A stretch of 64,000 nucleotides of DNA, from the NCBI GenBank assembly GCA_963815205.1, contig CAWFFP010000003.1, positions 123,984 through 187,983 of the forward strand. The letters run 5' to 3'. The position numbers and the translations under genes are program-made. This document shows, piece after piece, positions 34,387 through 43,597 of the stretch. Source of the stretch: an uncultured Verrucomicrobiae bacterium. GTDB taxonomy: Bacteria; Verrucomicrobiota; Verrucomicrobiia; Verrucomicrobiales; Akkermansiaceae. The number at the start of each line of letters is the position of its first letter. The stretch's first letter is position 1. The notes beneath the pieces were generated by a model that was given only the letters and a program-made list of their open reading frames with translations, was not told the origin of the DNA and searched no databases.

Positions 34387-35035
34387 TTAGATTGGAGATA
34401 GGCAGAGCATTCCGAAGCCGAAGGCTTTTGCAGAGCCGATGCCGGTGCGGACAGATTGCTGGAAGAGTGTGGGATTGGTCACTTTGAGGAGGCCGGTGAA
34501 CTCGGTGGCAGTGTGGATGCCGTGGTGGCGTGTTTCGGAGGTTTTATCTTTTTTGCTAAAGGGTTGGCGCGGGCGCGGGCTGGTCTTGAGGGTGGAGATC
34601 TCGATCGCGAAGCCATGTTGCGCGGCTTTGCGGGTGAGCCATGCGATGAGTTCCTCGCGGTTGTAGATTGGCTCGCGGCGTCCGTTTTTCCTGCGCTTGC
34701 CAGCCTCGTCCCGGATGACGCGTTTGACGGTGGGGTTGGCGAGGAGTGAAAAGCGAGTACTGGCGGTGGGAGAGAAAACCGTCCGAAATGGGGCGCGATT
34801 CCCATTTTTCCTTAGGACACCAATCGGGGCGTGTGGGCGGCTGGGGGGACTGGATGAGCAGCCGGAAGCCATCGCCGGTATCGTCCAGGCGGGTGAGAAA
34901 ATCGCGGTTGGCTGCGGGTTTCTCCGGGAAGGCTTCCCAGATGCGTTTGTGCCAAGCGTAGCTATCCCGGAAGCCGCCGTCCTTTTGCCAGCGGGCGGCG
35001 ATTTCATAGGAGATGAGGGCGCGGGTGAGGATCAT
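34387..35035 (-). pseudogene. cas6e: crRNA endoribonuclease Cas6e (CasE), frameshifted at about 34755-34760
   Basis: The N-terminus MILTRALISYEI...WHKRIWEAFPEKPAANRDFLTRL lies in the frame of ORF 34556..35092. The C-terminus RFSLLANPTVKR...GIGSAKAFGFGMLCLSPI lies in the frame of ORF 34387..35007. The junction reads CAG TAC [T] CGC TTT TCA. The ATG overlaps the cas11 stop as ATGA. Confidence 0.85.
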
Positions 35036-35580
35036 GGTTCCGGGGTGGATTGGGTGGTAGGGACAGGAGCGCGCCAGAAATCGGAGGCCCAACGGAGTAG
35101 GACTTTGTCTTTGGCGGAAGAATCACTCGCTTTTGCCCAAGATCGTAGATTGATAAGCAGCGAATCATAATCGAGAGCAATCCGGGTGGGATTGACACGA
35201 AGCCTTTTGACGAAACGGTGGAGCTGGGTGGCGAGGTCGCCGGGGTCGTCGATGGTTCCCAAGTCCTGGCAGGCGAGCAGGCGGCGGAAGTGGCGGTCAA
35301 AGGGGTGCTCGCCGCTCTTCAGGTCACGTTCGCCGAGTTTGGCGGCGGCTTTGCCTACGGTGAGGCCGGATTGGTGGTTCGGATGCTGGGCGTAAAGGGC
35401 GGCGAGGATGGCTTTTCTTGAGTCTTCGAGCGCACCGAGCTGGCCGAGAACGGGGTAGGCTTGGCTGCGGGTGGCGGGACTCCAGTAGCGGCGGAGTGCG
35501 GCGCGTTCGCCGCGTTTGGCATCGCCGTCCAAGGCGCGGCGTAGGTGACTGAGGAAATTAGATTCTGTGGCGGTGGTCAT
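35032..35580 (-). CDS. cse2: Cascade small subunit Cse2/Cas11 (CasB)
   Basis: 183 aa from the internal Met of ORF 35032..35793 (MTTATESNFLSHLRR...). Its position, size and helical, Arg-rich character fit Cse2. The start lies 4 nt after the cas8e stop. Confidence 0.7.
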   Translation of the reverse strand: MTTATESNFLSHLRRALDGDAKRGERAALRRYWSPATRSQAYPVLGQLGALEDSRKAILAALYAQHPNHQSGLTVGKAAAKLGERDLKSGEHPFDRHFRRLLACQDLGTIDDPGDLATQLHRFVKRLRVNPTRIALDYDSLLINLRSWAKASDSSAKDKVLLRWASDFWRAPVPTTQSTPEP

Positions 35581-35584
35581 AGGT

Positions 35585-37075
35585 TCAAGCGGTGGCGGAT
35601 TTTTTGGCTGCGGATTTCTTCGGAGGCTTGGGGAAAAGAGCGTTGTGCAGCGGGCGGTAGCCGAGCGCGAAGGCCTCTTTTTGGCGCGGAGTGCTGCGTG
35701 GGCAGACGGCCTCGTAGGCGGCGATGGCAGCGGCGCGGACGATGAGTGTCCATGGGTCTGCCGCTCCAATGCTGCCGATGGCGGGCTGGCCAAGTTGCGG
35801 ATCGGCGGCCATTTCGATGAGTGCGCGGTGTTTCTGATCCAAGTGGTGCCAGTAGTGCTGCTGCCCTTCTGTAACGGGCGGGTGCTCGTGACTCAGTGAG
35901 GAGCCGTATGTGCGGATGGCTCCGTAAAGTTTGGTCGAAATAAGTTCGGCGTATTCGACACCGGCGGTGTAAAGGGTGCGCCCAGGAACAGCAAAGAGGC
36001 CACGCGGCACGGAAAAGGTGGATTCTGCTGTATCGAGGATCTTTGCTTTTAGATCGGTGATCAGTGCGCCTGTCCAAAGCTCGACAGTTTCGTTTTGCAT
36101 AGCTGCACGATGGCTCTGAAGGACGAGGGCGGCATCAGGATTGTTTTCAGCGCCAGCCCGCAGGGCGGTGAGATGGTGGAGATCCCGCCAGATTGACCGA
36201 TCAAGGCGCGCGGGAGCGATGCGGCGGGCGCCTTTGCGGTTGGTGACGATGGAGACGGATGGCTCGCGGTGAGGTTCCCAGTTTGGATAAATAAGGCTCT
36301 TGTTGCTGTGAAAAAAAACGGTTAGGTCAGAGGCGAGCCGTAGGGAACGGTGGCGAGGAACCAGACGTCCGAGCAGGGTTTGCGTGGAGCCCTCGAGGTC
36401 GGCGGCAGTTTCGCATTCCCAGATCGGCTTGCCGAAGGATTCGTGGGCGGTGTGGAAGATGCTTTCAGCATCTAGCATATTGTTGATGACGGTGTCGCGG
36501 AGCTGTTTCCCCAGCAATACGCAGTGGATTCCATTTGCGTCTGCGCAGGGGCCGCGACCTTTATATCCGGCGCCGTAAAGTGGGTAGAAATTCTGGAAAG
36601 TGAGCAGTGCGAGTGCGAGATCCGCAGGCTCGAAACTACGACTTGCGGACATCCCCCCGTGGTCGAGGAGGGTGGGATTATTGCCAGTCGCTAGGTGCGG
36701 AAATAGCTTGGAAGCGGAGACGGTATCACCTTTCTCCGGGACATTTTCTTGGAGGAACCGCAGTCCATCACCGAGGAGATTGAAGTGCGGGTGGATATCC
36801 GGACGGGCTAGGTAGTTGGCAACAGCGGGCTCAAGATCATCGCCGAAGTCTTCCCATTCGTCCGAATCATCGGGAACACCCAACGCGGCGTGGGCAATGC
36901 AGACGAGCAGGCGGGTGACTGCGATGCGCTCGTGCGGGGCGGCATCAAGATCGGCAATTTCTCGGCAGCGTGCGAAGGCATCGTGGAGGGAGACAAGGCG
37001 GGATGTCTCTCCGTTGGCGGTGGGCAGCCAGCGGACAGGAATCCACGGGTTTTCGATGAGGTTAAATCTGGTCAT
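35585..37075 (-). CDS. cas8e: Cascade large subunit Cse1/Cas8e (CasA)
   Basis: 496 aa. The N-terminus FNLIENPWIPVRW is the Cse1 signature. It sits between cas3 and cse2. Confidence 0.85.
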   Translation of the reverse strand: MTRFNLIENPWIPVRWLPTANGETSRLVSLHDAFARCREIADLDAAPHERIAVTRLLVCIAHAALGVPDDSDEWEDFGDDLEPAVANYLARPDIHPHFNLLGDGLRFLQENVPEKGDTVSASKLFPHLATGNNPTLLDHGGMSASRSFEPADLALALLTFQNFYPLYGAGYKGRGPCADANGIHCVLLGKQLRDTVINNMLDAESIFHTAHESFGKPIWECETAADLEGSTQTLLGRLVPRHRSLRLASDLTVFFHSNKSLIYPNWEPHREPSVSIVTNRKGARRIAPARLDRSIWRDLHHLTALRAGAENNPDAALVLQSHRAAMQNETVELWTGALITDLKAKILDTAESTFSVPRGLFAVPGRTLYTAGVEYAELISTKLYGAIRTYGSSLSHEHPPVTEGQQHYWHHLDQKHRALIEMAADPQLGQPAIGSIGAADPWTLIVRAAAIAAYEAVCPRSTPRQKEAFALGYRPLHNALFPKPPKKSAAKKSATA

Positions 37076-37164
37076 AACCGGAAAAATTTTGGATGGTCAA
37101 CAGGGCGAATCGAACCTTAGTCCTAACATTACTAAATGTGAGCGATCTCCCGATCTCTCTGTTC

Positions 37165-37195
37165 AAGGGCGTGGTGGTTTTTCAGCCACGCCCTT
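37165..37195. other. 10-bp GC-rich hairpin in the cas8e 5' region
   Basis: aagggcgtgg-(11 nt)-ccacgccctt. On the plus strand it is followed by tttcttatttc, which looks like a terminator. On the minus strand it would sit at the 5' end of a cas8e transcript started from the putative promoter at 37228..37200. Confidence 0.5.
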
Positions 37196-37232
37196 TCTTA
37201 TTTCAAAAATATTTCGGAGTCAAATCAAAAAG

Positions 37233-37256
37233 AAGTAGCGGAGCGTTAAAGAAGAA
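37233..37256 (+). promoter_or_regulatory. AAG PAM plus a partial protospacer matching the mini-CRISPR pseudo-spacer
   Basis: The site reads AAG|TAGCGGAGCGTTAAAGAAGAA; the pseudo-spacer is TAGCGCAGGGTAAAACGAGTG. Positions 1-5, 7-8, 10-11 and 13-15 are identical. Two of the three mismatches within the first 15 positions fall at positions 6 and 12. The site lies between weak sigma70-like hexamers on both strands: minus TTGATT-N17-TGAAAT at 37228..37200, and plus TTGCTT-N16-TAAGAG at 37260..37287. Confidence 0.5.
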
Positions 37257-37290
37257 AGGTTGCTTTTGTTTCAATTTTAGATAAGAGTTT

Positions 37291-37369
37291 CCTGTCCCTA
37301 TAAAAGTAGGGATGGCCCGTAGCGCAGGGTAAAACGAGTGCCCTTCCCCACAAAAGTGGGGATCAATAC
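37291..37369 (+). CRISPR. degenerate two-repeat mini-CRISPR (psiR1, 21-nt psi-spacer, psiR2), creR/creA-like
   Basis: psiR1 (37291-37319) is CCTGTCCCTATAAAAGTAGGGATGGCCCG. It keeps 11 of the last 13 nt of the true repeat, including the crRNA 5'-handle ATGgCCCG. psiR2 (37341-37369) is CCCTTCCCCACAAAAGTGGGGATCAATAC. It keeps the exact Cas6e hairpin stem TCCCCAC/GTGGGGA but has lost the 3' handle. The orientation is opposite to the main array. Confidence 0.6.
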
Positions 37370-37490
37370 CAGGAATCCTCTGGTCTCACTGTCGTGTGCT
37401 GTGCTGTTGCTGATTTTTTGCCATGTGATCCCGATTTCGCTTGTATGTTCAAATGAGTAATTCAAGAACTGACCGGAGGGAAGATCCAAT

Positions 37491-40007
37491 TTACTGGAAT
37501 CGGATTTCACAACCGCGATGACGGCATCCGGGATGTGAAGGCGGAGCCATTCCGGGGATTTCGTTAAAGGCTGGGCGGACGAGGTATGCGGGGATGCGGA
37601 TGGCGTTTTCGTGAAGGGCGCGGGCGAGCGGATAGGAGAAGATGCCGCCCGCCGGGCAGGATACCGCATCGCCGTGGATGGGACGGACGGTGACAGAACC
37701 GGCGCGGACTTCCGGGTGCTCCCGCAGAAGGATGAGGTGGGCGGTGGGCTGGATGCGCCAGCGGGTTTCGGTACCTTCCCTATCGTCCATGGCACTGGCG
37801 AAGACGTGGCGGGTTTTGGCGGTGCCTTGCTGATCGAGCCGTTTGCGTTGTGCATCGGGAAGAAATTGATCGAAGGCGCGGAGGATGGCTGGGTCTGGCT
37901 TGGCGGCGGCGGAGGATTCCAGCAATGGGCGGATCTCGCCGGGGAGCGTGATGGATGTTCGTTTTCCTAAAGTTTCAAGGGACTGCCAGAGGGCGAGCGG
38001 TGGATAGATGAAGTGATGGGGGGCAAGGGCAGTTTCGATTTCCTTAGCACCGGCCTGCCAGTCTGCGGATGGCTGAAGAATGTGGCAGGTGGGTATTTCA
38101 CAGCCAAGGGGCCGCGTGTGAGGGTGGCGCTGAAGGCGTCCGATGCGCTGAAGGATGAGCTCGGTGGGGGCAAGATCGGTGACGAGCAGGTCGGCATCGA
38201 TATCCACCGATTGCTCGACAATCTGAGTGGCGACGAGCAGGGAGCCGGACGGGCGTTCTTTGGAATTTTTCCCGAGAAGGGAGATCCAGCGGCCTTCGTT
38301 TTCCTGACGGTGATGATGGGTGAAACGGGAATGGAGAAGCCCGCAGTGCTCCGCTGGTATGGAATCATTGAGCAGGCTTTTGAGATGGAGGAAGGTTTGC
38401 TGAGCTAGTGCGACGGTATTGCGGATGACAACGACATTGGCACCAGCGTTGACGCGGCTGGCGATGGCTTGCCAGTAGGCATCGGAGTTTTCCGCGGAAA
38501 GGGTCTGATGATGGATCGCGACGATTTTCTCCGGGGTGGGATCGGAGACTTCTATGTGGTTGGCAGTGGTCTCTCCGGTTGCGACTTTGGTGATGAGCGG
38601 GTAGGCGTAAGGAGAAGTGGCCTCGGAGGCACCAGCGGCGGCGACAAGCTCTGCGCGGCGGGCGGCGGTGAGTGTGGCAGAGAGGATGATGACGGTTGCG
38701 CCGGTGGGCAGGAGAAACGTGATGAGGCGGTCGATAAGCGCTGACATGTAAGGATCGTAGGCGTGGACTTCGTCGATGACGACGACCTTGCCCGCGAGTG
38801 CGAAGTGGCGCAGAGCGGCGAAGCGGGCGGGAAGGATAGCAAGGAGTGCTTGATCAATGGTGCCGGTGCCGAAGGGAGCGAGGAGCTGGCGGCGGGTGGA
38901 TGAAAACCATTTGAGAGCTTCATCGGTATCGCTGTTCTCTTCGGTGGGTGGGCCGATGGCGCGGTTGCGTTTTTCGTCCAGCCATGCATTGCCATGGACG
39001 AGGGATTGGTAGGCAGGAGAATCGAGAATGGCGGCGAGGAAAGGAGTGGATGCGATCGTGGATTTTCGCGGAGGTGAGCTGGGTGGGCAGAGCGAAGTAG
39101 AGGCCGCGCTCGTCTCCTGTAGTCCAGCGTTGGTAGGCGGCGGCGAGGGCGGCCTCGGTTTTGCCGGTGCCCATCGGAGCCTCGACGATATAAAGGCCGG
39201 GGCGGTCGGCGGCTTTCAAAAAAGCCTTCTGGAGCGGCGTGGGGGGAAATAGATCGGGTTCTTCGGGATTGAAAAGCTGGCCAAAGGAAAGCTGCGGGCG
39301 GACACACAGAGGCATTCCGAACTGGGTGAGAACTGTCTCTTGTTTTCAGCTCGATGACTTTCGGGTTGAACGTTTTATGCAGTGGGAACCAATCGGGGTT
39401 CGATCCGATCCAGTCGGCGAAAATCGTGAAACCGGTTAGCAGGTGAGCGCGGATTTCCTGCTCTTTGGCTGGCTCTTCCGGGAGTTTCCCGAAGGTTTCG
39501 ATCAGGCTGGAGAGGAGTTCGTCGCGCAGTTGCTCGAACTGTGGGTGGATGCCGGAGCTTCCCGCACCTTCGAAAAATCCGTGAGGAGAAGCCTTGAAAC
39601 CGACGTTGGTAGGAGCCGTGATGTCCGGCGGTGGAGGTGAGCCATTTCAGCGCTGACTTTCTATGGGCTGTGATTCGGCGTGGGCAAGGTGCCATGCGCT
39701 GACATGGGCGTGGCGCGTTTCAAGTCCGCTGTGGTGAGATCGTGCGCTTAGTGCCTCGATGATGCTTCCATTGGTCACACTTAAGCTGGAAGCCCGGCGT
39801 AAGCTTTCCTAGGTCGTGCGCTGCGACAAGAGCCACAACCCCTTCAGGCAGGGCGGCTATTACGGCTTTCGGCAAATTTCCCCAAAGCACCTTCGCAACG
39901 TGTCCGACGATGCGGCAGTGGTCCTCAACGCTAAGCGCGGGCAGTTTGGATACTGGGTCAGTTTTTGCCCAACAGTCCGAGAGTTTTATTTGGAGTCCGG
40001 CATGCAT
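37491..40007 (-). pseudogene. cas3: Cas3 HD-nuclease/helicase, disrupted by about five frameshifts
   Basis: The Cas3 motifs are spread over three frames. CWAKT...AAHDLGK is in frame A to about 39770. RHAHVSAWHL is in frame B. STAGHHG is back in frame A. SSGIHPQFEQLRDELL...FADWIGSNPDWF is in frame B. APMGTGKTEAALAAA...FALPTQLT is in frame C to about 39040. LAAILDS...VVVIDEVHAYD...ILSATL...LVATQIVEQSVDID...RIGRLQRH runs in frame A to the stop at 37491. Confidence 0.9.
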
Positions 40008-40313
40008 ATTTTCTATTTATACTTTTCTGGATTTAACACATTTCCAGATGTGATTCTTTAGAATTGGTAGTCCTCAGAATATCTTTAGGGTAGAGACTCG
40101 CTTTCCGCTCCAATTCTAAGCCCTTTGGTGAAGACAGAGCCCCCACCTTTCGGCTTCCTTCTTTCTCCGGTGATCCTAGGACATTGCGTTTCTTAACGAT
40201 CGTGTTGACGGCGGCTTCACCTAGCATGGGCAGAACGAGTTCGAGGTCTGTAATCCTGTTACGGTGGTTTTCTTCGGGACTGGAGAGCGCCGTGAGCTCT
40301 TTGTATTTAATAG

Positions 40314-40330
40314 CGGGTCATGCCGAAAGT
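40314..40330 (-). repeat. solo CRISPR-repeat remnant lacking the hairpin, upstream of cas3
   Basis: The minus strand reads ACTTTCGGCATGACCCG. This equals the repeat ends GCTTTC...GGATGACCCG with the central hairpin deleted and one extra C. The 8-nt handle ATGACCCG is exact. Confidence 0.4.
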
Positions 40331-40466
40331 CGTTTTGCGGACCTCTGTGGTGAGATCTAAAAAGACAACGAGCCACTTTTCGTCTTTCCGGCTTCAAGCG
40401 CGGCATACTTGTTGTCATTCATTCAGGTAAATTTATGTCATGATCGTTGCTGCTGTCGGTTCCACT

Positions 40467-42002
40467 CTATTCAAACAGCCGCCGATCCAGTGAGCGGAAC
40501 TGGATGGCCTCCAATACTTCGTTGCTGGTAATATCTTCCTTCCCGGCGAGGTCAGCGAGGGTGCGCGAGACTTTGAGAATACGGTCGTAAGCGCGAGCGG
40601 AGAAGTTCATCTGCTCCATCGCGTGGTCGAGATAGCCGCGGCCTTCGGAATTGAGCTTGCAGTATTCGCGGACTTGCTTCGCTCCCATTGTGGCGTTGGT
40701 GGTGACTCCGTCGGATTTAAACCGGTCGATTTGGATCTTCCTCGCCTCCGCCACCCGCTCGCGAATGACAGCGGAAGATTCGCTGGTGGTGCTTTCGGAA
40801 CTTAGCTCCTTGAAATCAACCAGCGGCACTTCCACATGGATATCGATGCGGTCCAGCAAGGGACCTGAGATTTTCTGGCGGTAGTTTTCGATCTGGCGGA
40901 CTGAGCATCGGCATTGGCGCTTCGCATCGCCATAAAACCCACATGGGCAGGGATTCATTGCGCTAACTAGCATGAACCGCGAGGGAAAGGTAAGCGAACC
41001 TGCCGCCCGAGAAATTGTCACATAGCCATCTTCTAAAGGCTGGCGCATGACTTCCAAGGTCTGCCTGCGGAACTCTGGCAACTCATCCAAAAATAACACT
41101 CCGTGATGAGCTAGGGAAACTTCACCCGGGCCGGGATTTGTCCCCCCGCCGAGCAGTCCAGCGTCTGAGATGGTGTGATGGGGGGCGCGAAACGGCCGTG
41201 TTGTTAGAAAGCTTTTCTTCGTATCTAAGACACCAGAGATGGAATGAATCTTTGTGGTCTCGATCGCGTCTTCTTCCGTCATATTCGGCATGATTGTCGG
41301 CACCCGCTTCGCAAGCATCGATTTTCCGGTGCCCGGAGGACCAACCATCAGCAAATTGTGGCCCCCAGCTGCGGCGACTTCTAATGCTCTTTTCACATGG
41401 TGCTGGCCTTTGACTTCATTGAAATCAACGAGGTAATCTCTTCGGCTTTCGAAAAAAGCTTGGCGATCCAAGATAAACGGGAGGATGCGCTTTTCACCGC
41501 TGATAAACTCCCAAGCCTGTCGTAGGTTTTTCACCGCAATTATTTCTATCCCTCTTATCACAGCTGCCTCGGCAGCGTTCGCGGCCGGGACTAAAAGAAA
41601 TTTCCGACCCTTTGCCCGCGCTTCCAAAGCGATCGAAAGAACGCCTTTGACCGGTCTTACCGCGCCGTCCAGCCCAAGCTCACCGACGACTGAAAAATCG
41701 TCCATGTCCAGAGATTCCGTTCCACTTGCGCCGATCATCGCCAATGCGATTGGCAGGTCAAATGAGGGACCCTCTTTTTTCACATCGGCGGGGGCTAAAT
41801 TGACCGTCTTAATACCAACATCTAATTTCAGTGCAGAGGCTACAATTGCGGAGGTCACCCGCTGTGAACTTTCGCGAACCGCGGCGTCTGGTAGCCCGAC
41901 AATGATCACCCCCGGCGTTTCTGATCCAGTTGCATTGACCTCAACTTCGACCTCAAGAGCATCGACCCCCCGCAATGCTGCCGAATATAATTTGGTAATC
42001 AT
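40467..42002 (-). CDS. comM: Mg-chelatase-like AAA+ protein ComM/YifB
   Basis: 511 aa. The N-terminal half has Lon-protease-like segments, Walker A is GPPGTGKSM, Walker B is VLFLDE, and a C-terminal ChlI-like domain is present. Confidence 0.9.
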   Translation of the reverse strand: MITKLYSAALRGVDALEVEVEVNATGSETPGVIIVGLPDAAVRESSQRVTSAIVASALKLDVGIKTVNLAPADVKKEGPSFDLPIALAMIGASGTESLDMDDFSVVGELGLDGAVRPVKGVLSIALEARAKGRKFLLVPAANAAEAAVIRGIEIIAVKNLRQAWEFISGEKRILPFILDRQAFFESRRDYLVDFNEVKGQHHVKRALEVAAAGGHNLLMVGPPGTGKSMLAKRVPTIMPNMTEEDAIETTKIHSISGVLDTKKSFLTTRPFRAPHHTISDAGLLGGGTNPGPGEVSLAHHGVLFLDELPEFRRQTLEVMRQPLEDGYVTISRAAGSLTFPSRFMLVSAMNPCPCGFYGDAKRQCRCSVRQIENYRQKISGPLLDRIDIHVEVPLVDFKELSSESTTSESSAVIRERVAEARKIQIDRFKSDGVTTNATMGAKQVREYCKLNSEGRGYLDHAMEQMNFSARAYDRILKVSRTLADLAGKEDITSNEVLEAIQFRSLDRRLFE

Positions 42003-42180
42003 AAATGTGTTCTGTGTATAGACCCAGAATGAGGATCTACGAGAATCTTATTTACCTAAGGAAATGCCCGTTACTTGGGAAGCACCTACGAACTCGACCT
42101 TCGGGAACACAAAACTCGAATCTTACGAACACTCGAAACCATTTAAATTCGCCGAGTTAGCGGGGTTGATACCCCAGAGC

Positions 42181-42228
42181 GATTCTTAAACGAAAGCCAT
42201 TGCAGATTCTTAAACGAAAGCCATTGCA
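42181..42228. repeat. perfect 24-bp tandem duplication
   Basis: gattcttaaacgaaagccattgca occurs twice, head to tail. It lies in the intergenic region between the CANSDH-like gene stop and the comM start. Confidence 0.95.
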
Positions 42229-42272
42229 TCTACCGATCTCTAATTCTGTGACTTTCTCAGGCATTCAATTGC

Positions 42273-43496
42273 TTAGACCACGCACAGCTCTGCCGCCTGC
42301 TCCGAACTTAGCTCGATCACGTTCCAAGGGAGTCCATAACGGCCGAGATCGCTCATGAAAATATCGGGATCATGTTGTTCGATATTCCATACACCAGGTT
42401 TTGACCACGCGGTGCTCAGCATTTGCTTCGCCCCGATCATGGCTGGCACCCCGGTCGTGTAAGAAATCGCCTGCGAACCAACCTCTTCAAAACATTTCTC
42501 ATGATCGCAGATGTTATAGATGTAGATCGCTTTCTTCTGTCCGTCCTTTAGGCCAGTGATAATGTTTCCGATGCAGGTTTTGCCTTTCGTAGTTTCTCCT
42601 AGGTCTCCGGGATTTGGCAGCACCGCCTTCAAAAACTGGAGAGGAACAATCTTCTGACCTTGGTATTCAACTTCATCAATGCGGGTCATTCCGACATTTT
42701 CTAAGACCTCTAGGTGCTTCAGATAGTTTTTAGAGAAAGACATCCAGAATTGAGCTCTTTTAATTGTAGGGAAAGATTTTACTAAGCTCTCCAGCTCCTC
42801 GTGATACATCCGGTAGATCTCGAATCTTCCAATTCCGTCCGGACAGGTGAATCCGCGATGCACGGACATAGCCTCGGTCTCTTGGAAAGTGCCGTCTTCC
42901 CAGTGCCTGCATTCGGCAGTTACCTCACGGATATTGATTTCTGGATTAAAATTTGTGGCAAAGGTCCGGCCATGGTCCCCGCCGTTCACATCGATAATAT
43001 CCAAAGTATGAATTTCATCAAAATGATGTTTAGCTGCCCAAGCGGTGAAAACATTCGTGACTCCAGGATCAAATCCAGATCCTAGAAGCGCTGAAAGGCC
43101 AGCTTTCTGAAATCTCTCTTGGTAGTCCCACTGCCATGAATACTCGAAGCGCGCTACATCGAGAGGCTCGTAGTTTGCGGTGTCCATATAGTGCACTCCC
43201 GCCTTCAAGCAGGCATCCATGAGGTTCAGGTCCTGATAGGGCAGTGCCACATTGATCAAAAGGTCCACACCTTTTTCAGCAATCAATTTTGCAGTCTCAT
43301 CCGAGTTATCCGCATCTACTTGAGCGACCTGAATTTTCTGGCCAGTTCGCTTCTGAACAGAATCCGCAATGGCTTCGCATTTAACCAAAGTGCGAGACGC
43401 TAAAGTGATCTCGTGGAAAATATCGGGAGCCATTGCGCATTTATGAGCTACGACACTTCCCACTCCACCTGCTCCAATGATTAAGACTTTTTTCAT
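42273..43496 (-). CDS. saccharopine dehydrogenase-family enzyme, probably carboxynorspermidine/carboxyspermidine dehydrogenase
   Basis: IIGAGGVGSVVAHK, GFDPGVTNVF, FATNFNPE and QAISYTTGVPA are collinear with the Vibrio CANSDH as I recall it. Confidence 0.75.
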   Translation of the reverse strand: MKKVLIIGAGGVGSVVAHKCAMAPDIFHEITLASRTLVKCEAIADSVQKRTGQKIQVAQVDADNSDETAKLIAEKGVDLLINVALPYQDLNLMDACLKAGVHYMDTANYEPLDVARFEYSWQWDYQERFQKAGLSALLGSGFDPGVTNVFTAWAAKHHFDEIHTLDIIDVNGGDHGRTFATNFNPEINIREVTAECRHWEDGTFQETEAMSVHRGFTCPDGIGRFEIYRMYHEELESLVKSFPTIKRAQFWMSFSKNYLKHLEVLENVGMTRIDEVEYQGQKIVPLQFLKAVLPNPGDLGETTKGKTCIGNIITGLKDGQKKAIYIYNICDHEKCFEEVGSQAISYTTGVPAMIGAKQMLSTAWSKPGVWNIEQHDPDIFMSDLGRYGLPWNVIELSSEQAAELCVV

Positions 43497-43597
43497 ACGA
43501 ATGACGGCCTACAGGCCATGTTTTAATAAGAGCAGCATGGGTCCAGCCGAGTAAAACAATCAAGCATTTCACGGGGCCTTCGAATCTGTGAAAGATT

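Noticed and set aside
37398-37436. The mini-ORF ATG GCA AAA AAT CAG CAA CAG CAC AGC ACA CGA CAG TGA on the minus strand, downstream of cas3, as a candidate CreT toxin
   Set aside because: The Shine-Dalgarno is weak, there is no run of a single rare codon, and there is no PAM-flanked match to the pseudo-spacer at its promoter. The sequence is simple CAG/CAC low complexity.
40008-40060. Similarity between the sequence downstream of the solo repeat remnant (CTATTAAATACAAAGAG) and the cas3 upstream region (GTGTTAAATCCAGAAAAG)
   Set aside because: The mismatches fall at seed positions 1 and 3 and the adjacent trinucleotide is not AAG. This is most likely chance similarity between AT-rich sequences.
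40033-40418. Two short minus-strand ORFs (64 and 65 aa) at the island junction, as possible integrase or excisionase remnants
   Set aside because: I found no recognisable catalytic or HTH motif. The joined reading (…LPMLGEAAVNTIVKKRNVLGSPEKEG…) is only vaguely excisionase-like. I left them unannotated pending a profile search.
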